From positions 19,357 to 83,356 of IMG/VR virus record IMGVR_UViG_3300046615_000451: a stretch of 64,000 bases of DNA; one strand, given 5' to 3'. The stretch comes from a virus. Its lineage: Duplodnaviria > Caudoviricetes. Positions 9,587-19,276 of this stretch are shown here, in pieces (positions within the stretch are counted from its first letter, which is position 1; every line of letters begins with the position of its first letter). A program made the position numbers and the translations under genes. Below the pieces are notes generated by a model, which ran no database searches, had not been told where the DNA came from, and saw only the letters and a list, made by a program, of their open reading frames with translations.

Positions 9587-10691
9587 GCATGTGATGGAAT
9601 GCGTTGAGCTAGACGACGGCGGTAGCAGGGTATGCCTTGGCTGCCGCCAGTACGTGTACGGGAGCCTTACCGAAACCCCACCAGGTGAGTGCCCGACGCC
9701 GTACAAGTCCCCCAAGCAGCTGCTGACCGAGTCTGTAGCCCGTGAGGCAGCGTTGCGGGAAGAACTGGAAACATCAAGGATCGCACACCATGAAACGGCC
9801 AAGGTTGCCGACGCCCTGAAACAGCGCCTTGATAGCGAGTCTGGCGCAGTGTTGTGCCTTCAAGAGCGCCTGACAGCCGCCGCGCAGTGGAATACGGAGC
9901 TGGTTAGCGCCGTCCGTTCAATCAATCGCGGCAAGTATCATGAGGTCTTGGTGCCTGGTGACGATGAGCCGCAGTACAGGCAGCGTAAGGAGTGGGTTGA
10001 TTGGGTGCTCGGCATTTGCGATGAGGTTTCCGCCACAACACCCAATGAGCAGGGAGCGGTTGCGCTCGCACCGATGGTTGAGCGGATGAGTGGTGAGCAG
10101 GCCGGTTTGACATTCAAGTACCAGCACCCACTGACCAAGGAGAACCGTAGCGTCAGCCTGACGAAAGCCGAGGTTGCCGCCGGGATGGAAGACACCTTGT
10201 ATGAAAAGCTGGTCGCTCAGTTCTGCCAGTGCGAATCGGTAGGCGAAACGAATGTGGTTGATTGCAACTGCGACGAGTACATCCACGACTTTGAGCTGGT
10301 AGCGGATGATGCCGAGGCCGAGCAACCCGTGTCCGATCCGGTAAACGAATTTGACGCCCGGTTTCTGCGGAGTATTGACAGCGGCAACGGCCAGCCCGGT
10401 GCATTTTCCCATAACAGCCGGCCCAGTGCATTTAACCATGAGAATTATGGCGCCTGCGGACAGACGCCAAGGGTTTACGGCGGCTATCAGACCAGTGACA
10501 ACAGGCCGATGTCCCATGACTTCACTAAGGCCCGCGATTTTAATGCTGCATCGGCGCCTACGCCTGGAAGAGCCTATAGCGACTGGGCCAACAAGTGCGA
10601 GTCCGCGCCGGTAACGGTAGTAGGTGATGAACCATCGAGCCGCGACTACCCGCACGGCGAATCCTTTTATCGCAACAAGGATGCAGACTGA
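9579..10691 (+). CDS. Hypothetical mosaic phage protein
   Basis: Long ORF, CxxC motifs, coupled stop/start. Confidence 0.6.
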   Translation: MSKHVMECVELDDGGSRVCLGCRQYVYGSLTETPPGECPTPYKSPKQLLTESVAREAALREELETSRIAHHETAKVADALKQRLDSESGAVLCLQERLTAAAQWNTELVSAVRSINRGKYHEVLVPGDDEPQYRQRKEWVDWVLGICDEVSATTPNEQGAVALAPMVERMSGEQAGLTFKYQHPLTKENRSVSLTKAEVAAGMEDTLYEKLVAQFCQCESVGETNVVDCNCDEYIHDFELVADDAEAEQPVSDPVNEFDARFLRSIDSGNGQPGAFSHNSRPSAFNHENYGACGQTPRVYGGYQTSDNRPMSHDFTKARDFNAASAPTPGRAYSDWANKCESAPVTVVGDEPSSRDYPHGESFYRNKDAD

Positions 10692-11452
10692 TGGATAACA
10701 AAACAATTGACGGCGTACCGCGTGAGTTGCTGGAGCGCATAGCTCAATGGGGCTCAGTAACTTGGCCAGATAAGAACAAACTGCGCGCTCTTCTCGCCAA
10801 AGCTGATGTCCCCCTCACCAATGAGGGAAACATGTCGGGCGTGGTCGGTACGGTTGTCGGCGGTGATTGCAGCCACAACACGGTAACCGTCCAGGTGATC
10901 GGTGATGTTCCAAGCGAGCTGTGGACGATGGGCGAGGCGGCTACGCTGACTCACGGCCACCTAGCCGCCACGCCTGACTTTGACAGCGTGCTGGCGGACC
11001 ACAATCGCCTGGTGCGTGAGCTGGACGTGCTGCTGAATGGCGAAGCTGGCGCCGCTGATCAGGCCAGCCTGTGCGATATCGTTGCCCAGGTGCGTATGGC
11101 GCGGAAGAAGCCCGGCACAGGTGCGCTCCAATTGCTGGCGCTGGTCCCTGACCAGGTTGTGGGGCGCGTGCATCACAACCCGGATCAACACGACCAGGTT
11201 CGCGCTGTGCTGAATGAATGCGGCCGCGCGCTGCCTGACCACGCGCCACTCTATGCCCGCCCGGCCGATACCCTTCTGCGCTACGTCCGTGCGCCGTCTC
11301 GGAAAGATCCGAAGTACCACGAGGAATGGCCAGAGATTGAAGGCGGCCCGGTGTTCGACGGCGTGACCTACTGCAAGGATTTGTTTGAGGCGCTAAAGCG
11401 TTTTAACGTTATAGTGGCGGAAACCATGCCAGAGGATGCCGTCGATGAGTAA
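10691..11452 (+). CDS. Hypothetical phage protein
   Basis: Coupled ORF. Confidence 0.55.
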   Translation: MDNKTIDGVPRELLERIAQWGSVTWPDKNKLRALLAKADVPLTNEGNMSGVVGTVVGGDCSHNTVTVQVIGDVPSELWTMGEAATLTHGHLAATPDFDSVLADHNRLVRELDVLLNGEAGAADQASLCDIVAQVRMARKKPGTGALQLLALVPDQVVGRVHHNPDQHDQVRAVLNECGRALPDHAPLYARPADTLLRYVRAPSRKDPKYHEEWPEIEGGPVFDGVTYCKDLFEALKRFNVIVAETMPEDAVDE

Positions 11453-12086
11453 CAAGGAACGATTTGCCGATATCGTCGGCCAGTTTGAGCGGTACGGCTG
11501 GCCGTCTGAGCCGGTATTGAACCTGCTGGAAGCCGTCACAAATTTAAACGATGACGTCTGCAACGACCGCTTGCTTGATCGCAGTCTGGCGCAGATCAAA
11601 GGCGCATTGGCGGCATTCACTCCGGCCGATACCAGCCAAGGCGCGCCGGTGGTGGGGGGGCCCGCAGGCTGGAAGCTGGTACCGATCCAGCCAACCCCGG
11701 ACATGCTCAAGGCCGTTGACGACGAAGCTACGGACAAGCACTTGGCCCGTGGGCGCGCGATCAGCGCTTGGGGGTTGATGCTCGATGCTGCACCGATGGC
11801 TCAGTCCGTAATGCAAAGCATGGAAACGGCGCCGCGTGATGGCACTCACATACTGGTGAAGCACATCGTCACTCACTACGTCCGCGAGCCCTGGCTGCCC
11901 CGCCCCGGTGAATACTCCCACGGTGAGTACCGCCCCGTAGGCCACAAGTGGGAAGAGTTCTGGTTTGTGGACGGAAAGTTTGAAGCGTGGGGCGGTACTG
12001 ACAAAACCCGCACGATCAACGGAGGCGGCGAGCCGATAGGCTGGGTTCCCCTCCCATACGATAAAACGCCAGAGGTGAAGTCTTGA
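11445..12086 (+). CDS. Hypothetical phage protein (DUF551-like METAPRDGT segment)
   Basis: GWKLVPIQPTPDML and METAPRDGTHIL motifs common in phage mosaic proteins. Confidence 0.55.
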   Translation: MSNKERFADIVGQFERYGWPSEPVLNLLEAVTNLNDDVCNDRLLDRSLAQIKGALAAFTPADTSQGAPVVGGPAGWKLVPIQPTPDMLKAVDDEATDKHLARGRAISAWGLMLDAAPMAQSVMQSMETAPRDGTHILVKHIVTHYVREPWLPRPGEYSHGEYRPVGHKWEEFWFVDGKFEAWGGTDKTRTINGGGEPIGWVPLPYDKTPEVKS

Positions 12087-12547
12087 ACAACAACGAAGCT
12101 ATTCCGGGCATGGTGCCTACATTCACCGGCACGCATGCGGTGATGATCGATTCGAAGAACGGGCATTACGGGTGGGTTTTCTTTAAGCATCCGGACGGCG
12201 GTTGGGTTTCGTCCCGCAAAGCCTCGGAGGCAGAATTTAAGGCAGCCCAGCACCAGGTGCAGGCACTTACCGCTGGCGCTCATGCGTTCCTGGCGCCATC
12301 CCCGGCTGAAACGCCTGGCGCCAAGTGGCGCGCTGAGGGCTCCCCTGATCCACACGGGGAGAGTTACGACTGCGAGCGCGCCAATCTGTGCATGGGTGAT
12401 TTAACGGACGATGAGCTGGCGAACGCGCTGTTTGTGTGTGACCACCGCCGGAGCCTGGACAGCATTGGGTATTTGACGGCGGCCAAGGATCGCATCCGGT
12501 GGCTGTCGCGGGCGCTTGAGAAGGCGCAGGCCGGTGGCGGGTTATGA
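12083..12547 (+). CDS. Hypothetical phage protein
   Basis: TTG start overlapping the upstream stop. Confidence 0.55.
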   Translation: MNNNEAIPGMVPTFTGTHAVMIDSKNGHYGWVFFKHPDGGWVSSRKASEAEFKAAQHQVQALTAGAHAFLAPSPAETPGAKWRAEGSPDPHGESYDCERANLCMGDLTDDELANALFVCDHRRSLDSIGYLTAAKDRIRWLSRALEKAQAGGGL

Positions 12548-12750
12548 GTAAGGCGTCTGTAACCCGCATTCGCCATGCGCTGCCAGTGAGCCAGGAGATT
12601 TCTGAGTCGCTGGCGGCGCTTGAGGCTGGCATTCGGGCCGCGATAGGCAAGGCCAAGGACGATGGCTTGCCGCAAGGGCTGCTGTCGTCAATCCTGAGTG
12701 CCTATGCGCTACAGGAGACACAGAGAATGCTTGGGGGCGGTGAGTCATGA
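12544..12750 (+). CDS. Hypothetical protein
   Basis: Coupled ORF. Confidence 0.5.
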   Translation: MSKASVTRIRHALPVSQEISESLAALEAGIRAAIGKAKDDGLPQGLLSSILSAYALQETQRMLGGGES

Positions 12751-13358
12751 GTGAATTCAAGCACGAGCCATTGAAACGGATCCGCGAAGACGTTGCCGGG
12801 GAGGGGATCTTTGTCCGCCTGTGGCAAGAGCTGATGCAGTGCTCGATTGAAGAGCACTCCCGGATCATCGTGACGCCGAACAACAAACTGGGCGAAATCA
12901 TGATGTACAGCCCGGTGGAGGTGACGCAGCGCACGGCGAGCATCTGCGCCGAGTTCTGCCGCTACTTGGGCACGAATGGCGGACGCGGCTATCTCCAGTT
13001 GATCGATGAGCAGGTGAAGATCCAGCGTTCCAGGGAGCAGGCAGCGATTGCGGCGTGGGCGCTTGAGAATCGCCGGTGCTTTGGCACCAATGGTGGGCGC
13101 CGAACGATTGAATTCCTGCTGTCGTCTGTGTGGGGCGAGACTGCCAATCCCGCCGATATCTCTTTTGAAGACGTGGAGGCGGTCGACGCGATGGCCAGCT
13201 GGCTGGGCACGAAAGAGGGTGCGGACTTCGCGGCTGAGGGGGTGCGCCGGATCGATGAGGCCTATCAGCAAAAGCGCGCAGCCGAGCGTGAGGCATTCTG
13301 GAACTTGCACCATCCGATCCAGATCCAACCACCGAGCACTATAGTGCTTTTGCGTTAA
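12747..13358 (+). CDS. Hypothetical protein with repeated [YFW]xGTNGG-like motifs
   Basis: YLGTNGG, FGTNGG, WLGTKEG. Confidence 0.55.
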   Translation: MSEFKHEPLKRIREDVAGEGIFVRLWQELMQCSIEEHSRIIVTPNNKLGEIMMYSPVEVTQRTASICAEFCRYLGTNGGRGYLQLIDEQVKIQRSREQAAIAAWALENRRCFGTNGGRRTIEFLLSSVWGETANPADISFEDVEAVDAMASWLGTKEGADFAAEGVRRIDEAYQQKRAAEREAFWNLHHPIQIQPPSTIVLLR

Positions 13359-13375
13359 AGCTCTTTAGCGCCAAA
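13336..13375. promoter_or_regulatory. parH-like box array (site C)
   Basis: GCAC tata GTGC tttt GCGT taaa GCTC ttta GCGC caaa. Confidence 0.7.
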
Positions 13376-13598
13376 TAAAGCCACCCGATGGCCGTACATA
13401 ATCGGCGGTTGTCGAGAGTGCCCTTGCTTTTATCTCAAAACTGATATAAATTGAGTGTGTTGGGTTACATAAAGCTCTGTGACCAATGCCAAATGAGGCG
13501 GACAGGCTACCCAACATCCCTAAATGACAGGAGAGGCATCATGAGCCCACAACATAAATTCAGATTTAATCGGCGACGAAGTCGTCTAAGGAACCTTA

Positions 13599-13928
13599 GT
13601 GAAAAATCAGGAATTGAAGCCACTCGAATGGGTCGGTAGTAGCAAAGAAGATCTGCGGGACTTCCCGAGTGAAGCGAAGCAGCGAGCAGGGTATCAGTTG
13701 GAAATCCTGCAAGAAGGCGATGAGCCTGATGATGCGAAGTGGATGAAAACCGTTGGGCCGGGTGTGCAAGAGATCCGGATCAAGTGTGATGATGGGGCTT
13801 TTCGCGTGTTTTATGTGGCCAATCGGCCGGAAGCAATCTACGTGTTGCACGCGTTCCGAAAGACCACTCAAAAGACGGAAAAGCGCGATATTGATTTGGG
13901 CAAAGCTCGATTGAAATCGCTGGACTGA
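13599..13928 (+). CDS. higB: Type II toxin, RelE/ParE/HigB superfamily (Gp49/DUF891-like)
   Basis: KPLEWVGSSKEDLRDFP...GVQEIRI...GAFRVFYVA...VLHAFRKTTQKT. Confidence 0.9.
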   Translation: MKNQELKPLEWVGSSKEDLRDFPSEAKQRAGYQLEILQEGDEPDDAKWMKTVGPGVQEIRIKCDDGAFRVFYVANRPEAIYVLHAFRKTTQKTEKRDIDLGKARLKSLD

Positions 13929-14031
13929 AGCTCGGGCGCCCCCTCACCACCAGGTGGGGGAAAGGCGTTTCTACCTTCGATGCTACTCAACGATCTACAT
14001 TATTGATAAGCAAAACTAGAGGAATTACCTA

Positions 14032-14316
14032 ATGGCAAACGAACGCTCTACCTCTGTGTGGGATGCGTTGGTTGATTCGCCAGAAGAGGCTGAAAATCTG
14101 CGCCTGCGATCCAAGCTGATGCGGGCAATCACCCGGACTGTAAAGAGCTGGGATGTCGCGCAGAAGGAAGCGGCTCAGCGGCTGCATGTGACACAGCCGC
14201 GCCTGAATGATTTGTTGAAGGGGAAAATTGATAAGTTCTCCCTGGATGCACTGGTGAACATGTTGGCCAGCGCCAATCTGGAAATAGATGTAACTGTGAA
14301 GATGAAAGCCGCGTAA
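14032..14316 (+). CDS. higA: XRE-family HTH antitoxin
   Basis: SVWDAL...LRSKLM...QKEAAQRLHVTQPRLNDLLKGKIDKFSLDALV; downstream of the toxin. Confidence 0.85.
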   Translation: MANERSTSVWDALVDSPEEAENLRLRSKLMRAITRTVKSWDVAQKEAAQRLHVTQPRLNDLLKGKIDKFSLDALVNMLASANLEIDVTVKMKAA

Positions 14317-14336
14317 GTGCGGTAGGCTCACAAAAG

Positions 14337-14363
14337 AAAGCGGCCAATGTGCCGCTTTTTTTT
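14337..14363 (+). terminator. Rho-independent terminator after the TA pair
   Basis: AAAGCGGC-CAATGT-GCCGCTTT with T8. Confidence 0.7.
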
Positions 14364-14470
14364 GCCCAGCAGAAAGTGGCTGGTCTGTGCGGAAGAGGCC
14401 TCGGTTTCGCTTTCATAGTATTGTTTGGTGGCATAACGCCAACAAACAACCCTGAAAGGGATTTTCCTGG

Positions 14471-15106
14471 ATGTCTAAAAAGCTTGCCGCACTCGCTCTA
14501 ACCACTGGCCTTGGCCTACTTGCGGGCATGCCCAGCGCAGTTGCTGGCGTGAGTCTGTTCAAGGATTACACCTACGGCACGCCCATTGATAAATACACGC
14601 GTTCGGCCGGTTATTACGACTGTTCGAATAGCGAGCAGAAGGGGCGGTGCACCGACAATTTCAACTTTGTCGGGGAAAAGTTCACGGCGGTGCTGTACTT
14701 CCGTGAGGACAAGCTAGACATGGTGGCGCTCATCGCCCCGTACAAGCAGAGCCTGTACCCGAAAGTCTCCGACGCGCTGGGTAAGTCGTTCAACATCATT
14801 TCAATGGAAAACGAGAAATCGTTTATCGACATGGTGACGCTGAGGAACACGGCCACCCAAGAGGACTACGTGAAACAGTTCACGGCCTTTGAGCGTGCCG
14901 CGCTCGCAACGGGCGACCTGACCTATACCTATCTTGAAGTGCCGGACACCGTGGGTTATGCGGATGTTGGCGCGATCATGCAGGCCGCGCCGGAAGACGT
15001 GAGGCGCGCCGCGGTTCGGCTCGTGCGCGACGAAGAGTCGTCCAGCTTGGTGGTGCGGTTCGAATTGCCCAATGTGAGCTATAAACACGTAGCTGAGGCT
15101 TTCTGA
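14471..15106 (+). CDS. Exported hypothetical protein (Sec signal peptide)
   Basis: MSKKLAALALTTGLGLLAGMPSAVA. Confidence 0.65.
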   Translation: MSKKLAALALTTGLGLLAGMPSAVAGVSLFKDYTYGTPIDKYTRSAGYYDCSNSEQKGRCTDNFNFVGEKFTAVLYFREDKLDMVALIAPYKQSLYPKVSDALGKSFNIISMENEKSFIDMVTLRNTATQEDYVKQFTAFERAALATGDLTYTYLEVPDTVGYADVGAIMQAAPEDVRRAAVRLVRDEESSSLVVRFELPNVSYKHVAEAF

Positions 15107-15121
15107 TAAGGATCCCCAACC

Positions 15122-15835
15122 ATGGCGAAGAGCAAGCCGTTAACCCGAATGATTCCATCGGGATACGATGACGAAAAGATCGAAATCGACACCTACCAGG
15201 AAAAGCACTGGCCGAAAAACCAGCGGCTGGTGGTCGAGCGATTCCCGCTTAATCCCATTTTGCGCGATTGGTTCGACCAGACGCCCAACGACCAGCGCGA
15301 GCCCTTGGAGTTGGCGCACTGGTGGGATTTGCCCTTTATCGTCACGGACACTTGGGAAGACTGCGAGACGCATTTTCGCAACCACCAGTCGAGGCTGCGT
15401 GCCGAACGTATCGCCGGCGCCCTGACTGAAGAGCAGGTAGCGGCCGAAATACCGACGCGCAAGGCTGAATGGTTCAAGGGATGGCCAACGGGTACACGCT
15501 ATGAGGTGCGCTGTCTGGATGGCGGGGCTTGGGATCGCTCCACGCACTGGGGAATGGTGGCTACCCTGGAGGAAGCTGTGGCGAAATGCGAAGCCGGACC
15601 GGTATGGCGCCGTGATCTGGACGCGATGAGCGAAGAGGTGCGGACCGCCGCGGGCTTGGTCCTAGAAGGCTTGCCAGGCTTCCAGCGCGTCGAGGTGTGG
15701 ACCGAAGACTACGACCTGACTGGCGTTTGCGATAGTTGTGGCGAAGTTGCACCGCTGACCAATGACGATCTGTGTCGTAAGTGCGCTGAGGGTGGTGTGC
15801 CTGCGAATGGTGATGACGACCAGCCCGCGAACTGA
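15122..15835 (+). CDS. Hypothetical protein
   Basis: AAGGA SD; YEVRCLDGGAWDRST motif; C-terminal CxxC pairs. Confidence 0.6.
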   Translation: MAKSKPLTRMIPSGYDDEKIEIDTYQEKHWPKNQRLVVERFPLNPILRDWFDQTPNDQREPLELAHWWDLPFIVTDTWEDCETHFRNHQSRLRAERIAGALTEEQVAAEIPTRKAEWFKGWPTGTRYEVRCLDGGAWDRSTHWGMVATLEEAVAKCEAGPVWRRDLDAMSEEVRTAAGLVLEGLPGFQRVEVWTEDYDLTGVCDSCGEVAPLTNDDLCRKCAEGGVPANGDDDQPAN

Positions 15836-15843
15836 GAGCCCCC

Positions 15844-16080
15844 ATGAGTACCGAGAAAACCCGCCGCCGGATCAGCGCGGCCCTGGACCTGATCGACGAA
15901 GCACCCGACCCGTTGCGGGTGCGCTTTGTCGCCGCCTATGCCATCGGCTACATCGACGCGCTGCACGACGAGCAGATAATCAGCATCGACGGCGCGCAGC
16001 TCTACCGTGAAGACATTCAGGAGCGCCGCCGGAGCCGTCTGGCCGAGTTCGGTATCGAGCAGGACGACCGCGAAGGGTAG
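15844..16080 (+). CDS. Hypothetical protein
   Basis: Last ORF before the terminator. Confidence 0.5.
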   Translation: MSTEKTRRRISAALDLIDEAPDPLRVRFVAAYAIGYIDALHDEQIISIDGAQLYREDIQERRRSRLAEFGIEQDDREG

Positions 16081-16193
16081 CCGCATGCGTTACACGTAAA
16101 GCCTGATATCATCACCGCTCGCTCTGCCTTTGTTGGCTGTGGTGATGTATCCAGGGGGATGGCCGTCGAAAACTTCCCCCTTGGATCGCTGGT

Positions 16194-16230
16194 AAAAGCC
16201 CTGACGCTGTAATGGTGTCAGGGCTTTTTT
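16194..16230. terminator. Bidirectional rho-independent terminator
   Basis: AAAAGCCCTGAC...GTCAGGGCTTTTTT. Confidence 0.75.
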
Positions 16231-16242
16231 ATGTCTATTTTC

Positions 16243-16268
16243 CAGATAAATACATAAAATTGATGTAT
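16243..16268. promoter_or_regulatory. 26-bp operator-like motif, copy 1 (CAGATAAATACATAAAATTGATGTAT)
   Basis: 25/26 identical to 53248-53273; internal ATACAT-N7-ATGTAT dyad. Confidence 0.6.
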
Positions 16269-16329
16269 TGAGTTTTGTGGCCGGTGTATAGTGGCGCCAA
16301 GCCAGAAATAGCCAGTCAGGTACACGGGT

Positions 16330-17061
16330 ATGTCGGACACTGAAAACGTCGTAGAGATAGGCGAGCTGCGGCTTGCAAGGGTTGCGCAGGGTTATCTGCG
16401 GATGCGTGAAGGCTGCCAGCACAAGCAGGTTGAGCTCGACGATACCGGCGAAGTTGTCACCTGTATGGCCTGTAAAGTCCAAGTATCCGCGTACTGGGCG
16501 CTGAGCATGCTCACCACCTATTGGGCCGACAACATGCTCAAGGTGAAGCGCGCACAGGAGGCGGCCAAAGAAGAGCGCGGCGCCGTGTTGCATCTGACAG
16601 CTGCCAAGAAGGTCGAGGCGGCTTGGCGTAACAGAACCATGGTGCCGGGCTGCCCACACTGCAATCGCGGGATCTTTCCGCAAGACGGCTTTGGCGGCTC
16701 GATGATTCAGCGTCGATTTGAGGAAGGCCTACGTGAGCGGGAGAGAGCAGACAGCATTGCGCAGGGATTGCCGGTGGTAGCGAAGCTGTTGCCTCGCAAG
16801 ACCGTGAAGAGAACCACACCAGCCAACGCAAAACCACGCTCCAAGGTCAAACCCCGCCCATTGTGGGCCAACGCACCGGCTTGGGCTGAATGGCTCACAG
16901 GTGACGTTAAGGGGCGCTGGACGTGGCACCAGATCGAGCCCTTTGAGGTATCGAGCGAATATCAGAGCGGATCCATGAGCGAGTTTGCCGGCACGACGCT
17001 GGCGGCCGCGGATGGTGCTGGTATCAAAGAGAAGCGCCCACGGGCCGAGCCGTCCCAATGA
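16330..17061 (+). CDS. Hypothetical zinc-binding phage protein
   Basis: CQH, CMAC, CPHC motifs; C-terminal WANAPAWAEW. Confidence 0.6.
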   Translation: MSDTENVVEIGELRLARVAQGYLRMREGCQHKQVELDDTGEVVTCMACKVQVSAYWALSMLTTYWADNMLKVKRAQEAAKEERGAVLHLTAAKKVEAAWRNRTMVPGCPHCNRGIFPQDGFGGSMIQRRFEEGLRERERADSIAQGLPVVAKLLPRKTVKRTTPANAKPRSKVKPRPLWANAPAWAEWLTGDVKGRWTWHQIEPFEVSSEYQSGSMSEFAGTTLAAADGAGIKEKRPRAEPSQ

Positions 17062-17255
17062 TCACCCGTAACCACACTGGCCATCGCGTTGGTGCCTGTC
17101 ACCAGCACGCCAAGCTGACCACTGCGCAGGTTCTGGCTATTCGTGCTGACTACGCCGCCAAACGTGGCGGCTACATCGTACTGGGCCGCCTACACGGCTG
17201 CGGAGCTTCGACAGTCCGCGACATTGTTCTGTATCGAACGCGCTGGGCTGCATAA
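17058..17255 (+). CDS. Small HTH DNA-binding protein (resembles HNH-endonuclease C-terminal HTH)
   Basis: AKLTTAQVLAIR...LGRLHGCGASTVRDIV. Confidence 0.6.
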   Translation: MITRNHTGHRVGACHQHAKLTTAQVLAIRADYAAKRGGYIVLGRLHGCGASTVRDIVLYRTRWAA

Positions 17256-17289
17256 GCGCTTACACCCCTTAACCGTCTGGAAACCTGAA

Positions 17290-18387
17290 ATGAGCCGAGA
17301 AGAAGAAAACAAGCTGCTGGCTGATAGCGCTGAGTGGCTGAAGGATCATGCTTACACCGAGCTGGCCAACACGAAGGGCGTAGAGGTGTGGCGCTGCCAG
17401 CAGCCCGGCACCGTCCATTTGGCGTTCGACATCTGCATTACCCGGTTCGGTATTTCCGTAATGGGCGATATCGGCTCGCTGGCGTTCTCTGTGGGAGCGA
17501 GCTACGGCGTGAAGTTCCTGGCCGGTACCGATGGGGATTACATCTTTGGCAAGCTGGAAGCGTCCAGCAAGACAACCGAATTCGATCTGCCGGGGTTTAT
17601 CCAGCGAGTGGAAGACGTCATGTGTGATTGGCTTTCGCATTCGCGTGAGTCGGCGCCGGAGTGGATGGAAGACTATTCAAAGAATCAGGGGCGCGGAAAG
17701 GATATTGAGGCGTGGTTGCTCGCCAATGCCGAGGGAGACGGCGAGTTGTCGGCGCTGGTCGTTGCTCTGCGTGAGGCGTGGGCATTTGAAGGTGATTCGT
17801 CAGCGGCCCATGAATGGCTGGTAGACCATGAAGAGCTGTTAGAAGTCAGTGATACGTGGGAGTGGGATCTACGCAAGCCTACTGACAGCGTGCTGCGCCG
17901 TCTGGCCAGGGTGCGCCATGCTGCGCGGATGATCATGGCTCAGAAGGCCACGGCCGAAGCCGCTGCACAGGCAACCGAGTACTGCTACGCCCTCGGCCCG
18001 GCGGATGAGCGTTGGAGTAGCGACAGCTTGGCGTCATACGTGAGCGACCACGAATTGACTATGGGCGCAGTGATCCAGCGCGCGGTGATATCCCGTAGTA
18101 GCGCAAGTAGCTTCCTGCCTGATGCCAATGACGTGATCGAGCACATGGCGAACTCTGCCGCCGACGAAAACAGCGAGTTTGCCGATGGATTCCCCGACGC
18201 CACTAAAGAGCAGGAAGCCGAGATTGAGCGCCTGTTGAAGCCGCTGACAGCTTGGGTCGACCGAACTTTCGACGTGAATTTCTACACCGTCGAGGGCAAA
18301 ACCATTGAGGCTTACACCGTGACCGCCGAAGACGTGGCCGCTGGCGAGGCGTACCGCAAGACTCTGGAAGCCGAGGTGGCGGCATGA
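17290..18387 (+). CDS. Hypothetical phage protein
   Basis: Start moved to ATG 17290 to avoid overlap. Confidence 0.6.
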   Translation: MSREEENKLLADSAEWLKDHAYTELANTKGVEVWRCQQPGTVHLAFDICITRFGISVMGDIGSLAFSVGASYGVKFLAGTDGDYIFGKLEASSKTTEFDLPGFIQRVEDVMCDWLSHSRESAPEWMEDYSKNQGRGKDIEAWLLANAEGDGELSALVVALREAWAFEGDSSAAHEWLVDHEELLEVSDTWEWDLRKPTDSVLRRLARVRHAARMIMAQKATAEAAAQATEYCYALGPADERWSSDSLASYVSDHELTMGAVIQRAVISRSSASSFLPDANDVIEHMANSAADENSEFADGFPDATKEQEAEIERLLKPLTAWVDRTFDVNFYTVEGKTIEAYTVTAEDVAAGEAYRKTLEAEVAA

Positions 18388-18818
18388 CTGCTACAGCCGA
18401 AACGAAGACGATCGTTGTCGAGACGTGCAAGCTGGAAGGGCTGGCGCTGAATTGGGCTGTAGGGAAAGCGCTGGGCTGGCTGGACTATCCCGATGATTCG
18501 ATAGAGCAAGGCGCATGGTGGTACATCGACCCGGTAAAAGCGCCATTCTGCGAGCGTACTTACAAGGCAGATTGGAAACCATCTACTGACTGGCGCCAGA
18601 CCGGTGAGCTGGTGGACGCCCATATCAAGCGCATGGGTGACTGTGCCGAGCCTGTAAATGGTTGGGATGCCCTTCGCGATGGCAAACAGTGCTACGCCAT
18701 GAACCATAACAGCGACATGGCCTTTGGATCGACCAAGCGCATTGCAGTGTGTCGTGCTGTGGTGCTGGCCAAGCTGGGAACGTCGGTGGAAGTGCCGGCC
18801 GTATTGGTGACCCAATGA
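18384..18818 (+). CDS. NinX/DUF2591-family protein
   Basis: LEGLALNWAVGKA...WKPSTDW...G.TKRIAVCRAVV. Confidence 0.7.
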   Translation: MTATAETKTIVVETCKLEGLALNWAVGKALGWLDYPDDSIEQGAWWYIDPVKAPFCERTYKADWKPSTDWRQTGELVDAHIKRMGDCAEPVNGWDALRDGKQCYAMNHNSDMAFGSTKRIAVCRAVVLAKLGTSVEVPAVLVTQ

Positions 18819-19276
18819 CTACCGAATTCAACATCCTTAATCATCCGTGGCCGCTTCCTGAAAGAGCTGCCGCGCCGACACCCCGTGAACAGTTTGAGGC
18901 CCAGGCCTTGGTGCTGGCTGTGAAGCACTACGGATACGAGCCAAGCGATGCGCTGTTGAAATCGATCCTGGAGCGCCGCGCCAATGATCGTTACATGGTG
19001 CCGTGGGTAGATGGCGCTTGGATTGGCTGGCAGTCGGCGATTGAGGCCGTTGAAGGGATGTCGGTGATTACTATCGATCCGCCAGACCTTTCCGGTTTCG
19101 AGGATCGAATCAAGGCGCTGATTGAAAAGGCGAGTCACCAAGTGAACCCGCGTCAGTTCATGGTTGTTCTGCCCAAGGGGGGCAGCATGTGGGACGACGA
19201 ACCCGTTGAAATTAAGCGCAGTGACGCGGTGACAGCCATTGAAGCCGCTGGCGGCACCGTGAAGGGGAAATCATGA
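18815..19276 (+). CDS. Hypothetical phage protein
   Basis: Coupled ATG 18815. Confidence 0.55.
   Translation: MTTEFNILNHPWPLPERAAAPTPREQFEAQALVLAVKHYGYEPSDALLKSILERRANDRYMVPWVDGAWIGWQSAIEAVEGMSVITIDPPDLSGFEDRIKALIEKASHQVNPRQFMVVLPKGGSMWDDEPVEIKRSDAVTAIEAAGGTVKGKS

Noticed and set aside
16243-16268. 26-bp motif as a XerCD dif/pdif site
   Set aside because: It does not match the 11-6-11 XerC/XerD arm consensus (no TTATGTTAAAT arm).
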